NCBI RefSeq assembly: GCF_009914755.1
Contig: NC_060936.1
Strand: one strand, 5' to 3'
Length of the DNA: 64,000 bases
Source: the human T2T-CHM13v2.0 reference genome, Homo sapiens
Shown here: piece by piece, positions 56,072 to 64,000 of the stretch
How positions within the stretch are numbered: the stretch's first letter is position 1
Layout of the letters: every line of letters begins with the position of its first letter
Made by a program: the position numbers and the translations under genes
The notes under the pieces: generated by a model
What the model was told of the DNA's origin: nothing
The model's input: the letters and a program-made list of their open reading frames with translations, nothing else
The model's database searches: none

Positions 56072-56323
<252 letters not shown>

Positions 56324-56516
56324 TAGCTAGGGGGAAGGAATTGCCCACAGAAATTTTGGTTTGTATTTCTTTTCTTCTGGCACTTCAGAAAGCAAGGATA
56401 CTGCAGTTTAGACCTACTATTTTAGCTTATATAGGACTCTTTGCTTTTGTCATCTTGTCCATCACTAGTTTTCAAATTGCCATGAGGAAAGGCTTCATGT
56501 GGGAATGAGATTGTAA

Positions 56517-56840
<324 letters not shown>

Positions 56841-56921
56841 TAGGATTGTTTGTGGATTTCCATTTCCTTGGCATAATCATTCTATGATTATTAAGGACCA
56901 TTTCTGTTCTGAGTGGTATAG

Positions 56922-57018
56922 GCTTGTTATCTCCGTGGCCTGAATTCTACGCATATTGGTGAAGATAGGTGTCGAACTTGGCTGGGAGAATGGCTGCAGA
57001 TTTCCTGCAGCCTGAAAG
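56922..57018 (+). CDS. LETMD1: LETMD1 exon 8 ([12 protein letters not shown]1-family motif)
   Basis: tatag|GCT TGT TAT CTC CGT GGC CTG AAT...CTG AAA G|gtaaaa; 97 nt. Confidence 0.95.
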
Positions 57019-57247
57019 GTAAAACACATTTCTGTGGTTATACCACTAAAATCCAAGTCACTTTTGTATTTTATTCTGAGGTCATTTTGGAGTTAATTAT
57101 TGAGTACTGTGAGACATATATATACATACATCTAATTGAAAGGGCACAAACTCACATGCCTACTGCATGCCCGGCAGGTAACGAAGTAGGCCATAAGACA
57201 AGAGGGAGTAGTGGGGACTGTGGAAACCTAAGAGTGAATGCATGCTA

Positions 57248-57783
<536 letters not shown>

Positions 57784-58250
57784 GTCTAAAGGCATTCAAA
57801 CTCAGAAAAAAAACAGTCTGCTGACCAAACACAAAGCATCTGAGGGTATGTATTAGGCTTGTTTGCCCCCTGTTTAGGCTAGGTCTTGATGTTTTGTGGG
57901 CCTTTGGATGTTAGGGTAGGCCTACTAATCTTGAAGCTGAGAAATGTCCCTAGAGCACCAACTTCTACCAGAAGAATCCCAACGCGACTGGTGTTTAGTA
58001 CCATTACCATCTCTGAATTTTCTACTGCAATCACATGAGAAATAGAGGATGAGTTGATACGAATATATAGTAGAAGGAAAGGAAGGCATGCATACAGGGG
58101 CTGAAACAAAGAAGGGGAACTTTGAGAAAAACAGCTTCTTCATTCCACCCCTCCCTGCACTTGGCTTCCTGCCTCCAGGCTTAAGCCATATATAACAAGG
58201 CAGTTATAAGGCAGTGTTCCCAAGCCAAACCACTAACACTGTGTTTTCAG

Positions 58251-58321
58251 AAGCTGAGCTGTCTCTCTTGCTGCACAACGTGGTCCTGCTCTCCACCAAC
58301 TACCTTGGGACAAGGCGCTGA
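58251..58321 (+). CDS. LETMD1: LETMD1 exon 9 coding part (EAELSLLLHNVVLLSTNYLGTRR*)
   Basis: Branch point CACTAAC 58231-58237; ttttcag|AA GCT GAG...AGG CGC TGA. Confidence 0.96.
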
Positions 58322-59310
58322 ATGAACCATGGAGCGGATGGCATTGTCCTGCAGTCGTATAGTATAGCAGTGCAGGAACAAACAGCACTTGCCAGCAAAG
58401 TCTGTGTGTACTGTTAAGTGTGTGGGAGGCAGAGAGAGGAGCAGGGGCCATGGGCTTCACAGCATGGCACACATGTGGGAACTGCAGACATTCCTCTCAC
58501 AGCTAGAACTGAAACAAACCCTCTTGCTAGGGGTGGTCCGTGTGAGGTGTCATCCTGTCCCCCTCATAATTACTAATAGCTGGAACTGGCAGCAGCCTCT
58601 ACTGGGCTTTTACTGTGATGTGTTCAGTTCATGTCCTAGGAAGTCAGCTTTTGCCCCAGGTGGGAATCCTTATTTGGCTTAGGACTGATCCACTTCCATG
58701 TTACTTACATCTGTGGGTTTTTGTTGTTGCTGTTAGAAAATTTGTGGCTGGTGAAAACAGCACTCCTTTGGCTGGAGCACATGTGTCCGTGCATGTACTT
58801 GGGTGTTTCCCTCCATCCTTTCTGATATGACCAAAAATCAAGTTGTTTTGTTTTTTGTCACCTTCACTGGCATGGGCTAACCACTTCTTTTTCAAACCCT
58901 CTGAACACCTTTTTCTGATGGGTAACTTGCAGGAATATTCTATTGGAAAAGATAACAGGAAGTACAAGTGCTTCTTGACCCCTTCCTCAATGTTTCTAGC
59001 CTTCACTCTCCATTGTCTTTTCTGGGCTGTATTACAGCCCTCTGTGGATCTTCAACTCTGCTGCCTCCACTGTGATGCAGCAGTCCAACTGTAACTGACA
59101 GTGGCTGCCTTCTCTGGGCCATGGATCACACCTGTAAGGTACTAATTACTGCCCAGCCTGGGGAGATCAGGAGAGGTCTGCATAGTTAGTAAGTTGGGTT
59201 TAGCTTTTGTGTGTGCATCAGTGACTTAGAGTTCTGTAATAACTTATTGTAAATGCATGAAGCACTGTTTTTAAACCCAAGTAAAGACTGCTTGAAACCT
59301 GTTGATGGAA
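58322..59310 (+). terminator. LETMD1: LETMD1 3' UTR with variant poly(A) signal AGTAAA (59280-59285); 3' end approximate
   Basis: Repeat-free about 1 kb after the stop codon. No AATAAA seen; AGTAAA is preceded by TGTA motifs. Confidence 0.6.
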
Positions 59311-59510
59311 ATGACTTATGCATACTCTAATCATTTTGCTGTCTCCTTTTACAAGACTGACATAATCTAACAAATGGGGATTTAATTGGTTGGCATAGAA
59401 CCTTCTGATGGGATGGAAGTTTTGCAGAAACTGATTTGAAGTTGATCTCCTTGCTGGACACTTTAAGGTGATAACAAGGAAAAGAGAATTTCATAAAGTT
59501 AATGGAATGA

Positions 59511-59812
59511 GGCCGGGCGCGGCGGCTCACGCCTGTAATCCCAGCACTTTGGGAGGCTGAGGCGAGCGGATCACAAGGTCAGGAGATCAAGACCATCCTG
59601 GCTAACACGGTGAAACCCCGTCTCAACTAAAATAGCAAAAAATTAGCCAGGCGTGGTGGTGGGCGCCTGTAGTCCCAGCTACTCAGGAGGCTGAGGCAGG
59701 AGAATGGCGTGAACCCGGGAGGCGGAGCTTGCAGTGAGCCGAGATTACGACACTGCACTCCAGTCTGGGCGACAGAATGAGATTCTGTCTCAAAAAAAAA
59801 AAAAAAAAAAAA
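59511..59812 (+). mobile_element. AluY with 16-bp TSD between the LETMD1 and CSRNP2 3' ends
   Basis: AluY diagnostics (ACCATCCTGGCTAACACGG, GAATGGCGTGAACC, GCGGAGCTTGC); TSD AAAGTTAATGGAATGA at 59495-59510 and 59810-59825. Confidence 0.93.
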
Positions 59813-60091
59813 GTTAATGGAATGAGAAAATGGGAGCCCAGAGTAGGGACAGGGCTAAGCTCCAACAGAGCAGGAGCAAGGCCTGCTTCAGCTGAACAGG
59901 TACACAAGGGCATATGAACCAAGTCCAGCTCTTGGTACTCCAAAGAGAATATTCTATTTTTCCATCACAAAATGTTTCTATTGTTAACATTAATTCCTAA
60001 CTGACCTAATTAGTTTTATAACGAAGCTAGAGAAGCATCCTTTTTCTAACAAGTAACTGAACTGTGGCCTGCCGAGACAAAGAGTAACACA

Positions 60092-62635
60092 TCATTCTTT
60101 TGAATATTTCTTTAATATTACATTTAAATATTCTCTTTAAATACAGCATTATCACAATGTAAAGAACCTAAAGGGGAAAAAATTATTTTCAGAGAACCAG
60201 ACAAGCTTTGGATTCACATTGAAAATACTACCTGTGTACAGTATGTGAGAAAGGAAATTGGAAAATAATAAGGGTTGTGGTAATAAGAGTCATTTATCTA
60301 GGCCTAGACTGGGACTGAAGCTATCTGCTTCTATGATCAGAGGCCTAGCTTTCCTAGCAACCATGAGCTAGAATTCTGTCCAACTCAGGTAGCACCAGAA
60401 GTGAGATGGACTAGGTTGTAGAGAAGGCCTTTCGCTTGACAAGACAGTTAATGCTAAATGTTAATATTTAGCACTTAAAAGTTTGGGATCAGTGTGAGTC
60501 ACAACTGTAGAGTTAATGAAGGGGATGGACTTAAATTAAGAAACTACAGGTTTTCAGAAACATATCTTGTGGGTTGGCAATGAGCTTAATAATTACAGAT
60601 TCATATTCCTGGTTTGATCCCAAAAGCTAATGTGTTCCTCATCGTGCAGCTGGAATCTACTTCCTAGATTAAGCCGGAGCCTTCCTGCAGAGACAGTGGG
60701 CAAACCTCACCCTCCCCTTCCGACACAAACTTTGAAAAAGATTCTTTTCTCCATAAAGCCAAATTCCCAATTAAGCTTCAGTCCTGTGTTTGAGGGTACC
60801 AGTCTAAGGTAGGGGAGTCTAGTTCAGTTCTGGGTAGCTTCGAGATCTCAGGTACTTAAAAGACTCTCAACTGTGTTTTGTGAGGCTAGGGGATGGGGAG
60901 AGATAAGGATCTGTGTACTTAAGTTCCCCTCCAAACTAAAACCAAGCAAAAACTGGAACAAATAGGAAAGGCAGAATGAACTAAAAAATGTTATGTGTAT
61001 TAAATACAAATCTTTTCAGGCTCAGAGTTTAGAGACTTCAGGGGTGAAATGCTGCTGCGACATACGTGATGGTTTCTGTAAGACACCAGGGCCTTAATAT
61101 CCCACCAGAAAAGGCTTTATGAGCAAGATAAGTAGGAGTAGTGTCTCCCCCCCAACACAGTTTTTCACTTTTGTGTGTGTGTGTGGTTAATAAACCATAC
61201 CAGAAGTAAAGTATGGTGTAAAGGATGCTTGAGAAGAATAGTTTTGCTCCCTACTGCCTCCATTTTAGAACAGAGACAAAGATCACTTTGCTAATGAAAG
61301 GAAATCAGTGCTGTTCAATGGAGATCTTAGAACACAGGATGAACAGGAACTGTATTCCTCCTGACAGAGGTAAGAACTGAATCAAACTGAATGAGTTCCA
61401 TTCTATACGCTTCAAAGGTTATAATTAGAACTTGAATCCTTTGGAATCTGGGAGTTGCATGTAGCATTTAAGAACTGGTTTGGCTTCCAATTTTTATATA
61501 TCATCAAGATGGAGGGGTCCAATAAACATTTGCAATTCTTGGAATTGAACTGGAACAGTATAAGAACTCTAACCCGCTATGTTGAAAACGACCATGAGGG
61601 TAGATCCAGGAAAAAAGAACAAAAACTGATTGGTGACCTTAAGATTGCCACATTCTACATTCCACTAAAGCTCAGATCTCACAAAGAGGGAAAAACCTGG
61701 GTGAAAAAACAAGCATGGCACAAATATGTCATCTTTCCAGATAGCAAGCAGCCTGTTCCCGCTGCCTCCTTTGGCCACAGTTAATGCTCCACATAGGCCT
61801 CCTATGGGATGGGTGAGCCCCAGCCGAAAGCTGCCTGACAGTGCTAGTGTCAGACACGTACAGAAGGCTCAGGCTCGTTATACCATATCCCCAGCCAATC
61901 CAGCTCTTTCTCCGAAGGAAAAAGGATGGAGAGAAAAAAGACACATAGACAAGTTTAACTCTAGTACTTAAGAACATGTGGAAGAAACAATTCAAGTTAC
62001 AGACCAGGAATCCCCAGTGTGGGGAACAGGTCAGAGAACACCAAACATGTCAAATATTAACTTATTTACCAAATATGGGATTGAAGGAAGGCAGGTTACA
62101 TTTTTGTAAATCCTGGAGATTTTGTACAGAAGCAGAGACCCTTCCACTCCCTCCTCCCTAGACTCGACCAGGTGACTTTCCAGTTTGAAGTATTATGACA
62201 CACCAAAATGGGATATCAGAATAACCACCGAGAAAAATGAGCTTGTACTCTGCCTGGGGCTTGGGAGAGAAAGGGCTTTGCCATGCTCTTCAAATTCTCG
62301 TGTTCTGGTCCCTACAGAAAGAATAGCTGCTTGAGTTACCCAGCTTTTCCTGTGAGATCCTAGTTCTTTGTTCCAGTGGCCCAGAAAGCTTAATGTTCAG
62401 CACTACGCAGCTTTCTTTGCCCCAAGACTATCCCCAGATCAAGGTAGGGCTGGTCTCCTTGGTACTGTTTCCCTTTTAAAAAATACTCAAACAATCCTTT
62501 CCCACCCATTCCCCAAAGACCCCAATAAAATAACATGGGAGCAGCAGCTGCTTCTACAGTTTTGTTTTGAAATGGTGTTAGATAAAATAAGGGAATAAAT
62601 AGAGAATGGGTAAGAGGCAGGACCTCTAGCGCCTG
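60092..62635 (-). terminator. CSRNP2: CSRNP2 3' UTR (about 2.5 kb) with ATTAAA signal at 60111-60116
   Basis: Alu-free stretch after the stop codon; minus-strand ATTAAA followed by a GU/U-rich element (TGATGTGTTACTCTTTGTC). Confidence 0.75.
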
Positions 62636-63559
62636 TCACACTGCCAGAGGGAGTTCTAAGGAAGAATCTTCAGGGGGCCGATCCTCATTCTGCTGGGAGG
62701 TCTTCACCATCCCACAGCCCTCTTCATTGTCCGTGCGGAAGGGGAGGCTTGAGGGGGACCAGGAAGGGTGGAAGTCTTCATTTTCAGGCTCCTCAGGGTT
62801 ACAATCTTCGGGCAATAGAGCTTCTAGGGTGGGTGTTTTCCCCACCTCTGATTTACAGAGGGCAGCTGGGTCTGTGGAGCTACAAGCCACGAGTGAGGTA
62901 ACAGGGAGAGAGAAGACATTCAGATCCTTCTCCTTTGGGAAAGAGGCTGAGCCTTCTTCCATACCAGGCTCTCCTTTCACTCCCAAGACTGGCCTCTGCT
63001 CCACTTGATAATAGACCAGGGGCCCACTGTTCAAGTAGGATGGGCTGTTCACCGTTGAGGCAGTTGGGTGGTCTGAGTTCTCGGTAAAACACAGGACAGA
63101 GGAGCCTGGGGGCAGCTGAGCCTGGATGAGAATGGGGGCTGTAAGGCCTGGGCACAGCTCTTCGGGGACAGCCAGAGGCTCCTCTAGGATGCACACACCC
63201 AGGCTCTCGATGCTCGAGTCCAGGCTGGCACTAGAGCCGCTGGAATCTTCTTCTGCCTTGAGCCGCTCCAGTTCCTCTGCACTCTGCAGGTGCATCACTG
63301 CTGTCTCATTCTCAGCAATGAACTCCTGGAAGTCCTGGGTCTCAGAGCCCTGTGCTCCTGTCAGGCTGCAACTGGCAGTCGGGGAGGGCTCCTCATCTGG
63401 GGCTGCTGGGCGGCTCACCTGCCGCTTGCTCTCCAGCTCCAGCTTCATAATGGTGTGGAGGTAATGAGTCCGGACCCGGATTGGATTAAATTCAATGCGT
63501 CCTGCCATGTTCCCACAGCCATCCCGGGAGCAGCCACATGGAAAGGACATGCGATCCAC
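62636..63559 (-). CDS. CSRNP2: CSRNP2 terminal coding exon ([17 protein letters not shown]...ELPLAV*), cysteine/serine-rich nuclear protein 2
   Basis: cttgtccccgctcag|GTG GAT CGC ATG; 307 codons with the CSRNP Cys-rich motif FPCGC...C.N..GR.EFN..RVRTH and an acidic/Ser-rich tail. Upstream exons lie beyond the window. Confidence 0.97.
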   Translation of the reverse strand: MDRMSFPCGCSRDGCGNMAGRIEFNPIRVRTHYLHTIMKLELESKRQVSRPAAPDEEPSPTASCSLTGAQGSETQDFQEFIAENETAVMHLQSAEELERLKAEEDSSGSSASLDSSIESLGVCILEEPLAVPEELCPGLTAPILIQAQLPPGSSVLCFTENSDHPTASTVNSPSYLNSGPLVYYQVEQRPVLGVKGEPGMEEGSASFPKEKDLNVFSLPVTSLVACSSTDPAALCKSEVGKTPTLEALLPEDCNPEEPENEDFHPSWSPSSLPFRTDNEEGCGMVKTSQQNEDRPPEDSSLELPLAV

Positions 63560-64000
63560 CTGAGCGGGGACAAGAAGGTTGGGGCAAGATGAGACCTACA
63601 ATCCTAACAATGGAGACAGGAGACATGAGCTGGCAAACAGGCAGTTGGGATTTGAGGTCTCCTTATAAGAAGAAAAGCAACCAATTCAAAGCATAGCATG
63701 CAGTGTGAGCTAACAGAACACTAGATGGTAGTTATCAGACCACTTGCATTTCAATCCCAGCTCAGCCATTAATTAGTGGTGTGACCTCAAGAGAATCATT
63801 TATCTCTCTAGGGCTTTGTTTCCTCTTCTAAATAACAAGTAGACAAAATCACAGCACAGGGTCCTTCCAGTTAAGAGTCCAGAGATACTTCTCTGAATGC
63901 TGATAGTTTTCACAGAGGAAATTTACGAGCCTCAGAGACTTTTTCAGAACTTACCTGGTTCACTGAGACAACAAAAGGCTGGAACCAAGCCTATGGCCTG

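Noticed and set aside
62727-63592. Antisense and alternate-frame ORFs over the CSRNP2 exon
   Set aside because: Shadows of a GC-rich coding exon.

Overview
Human (or near-identical hominid) genomic DNA, recognisable from the translated exons as the chr12q13 SLC11A2-LETMD1-CSRNP2 interval. Minus strand, 1-27.6 kb: 5' half of SLC11A2 (DMT1/NRAMP2), with first exons 1A and 1B, exons 2-5 (including the DPGN metal-binding motif) and an alternative N-terminal exon (MSTVDSL). Plus strand, 47.2-59.3 kb: complete 9-exon LETMD1 (1083-nt CDS, 360 aa). Minus strand, 60.1-63.6 kb: last exon and 3' UTR of CSRNP2, convergent with LETMD1. The remainder is very Alu-dense, with two U6 retropseudogenes, MER4/LTR18B/MLT1 LTRs, MER2/MER20/MADE1 DNA elements and microsatellites. 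Nearly all ORF-track entries are Alu artefacts. I found no convincing new gene or multi-gene system. The least-explained signals are fossils of unusual repair or retrotransposition: a 95-bp, 94/95-identical inverted local copy inside an Alu upstream of the DMT1-1A promoter; a second 21-bp locally templated insert in another Alu; a polyadenylated MER41-LTR retrocopy with a 14-bp TSD; a tail-less Alu with a TSD; and two U6-Alu composites. There are also testable regulatory candidates (exon-1B uORF, HRE cluster, LETMD1 promoter palindrome/DR1, LETMD1 read-through into CSRNP2). Repeat family and variant names are from memory, not from a database search.
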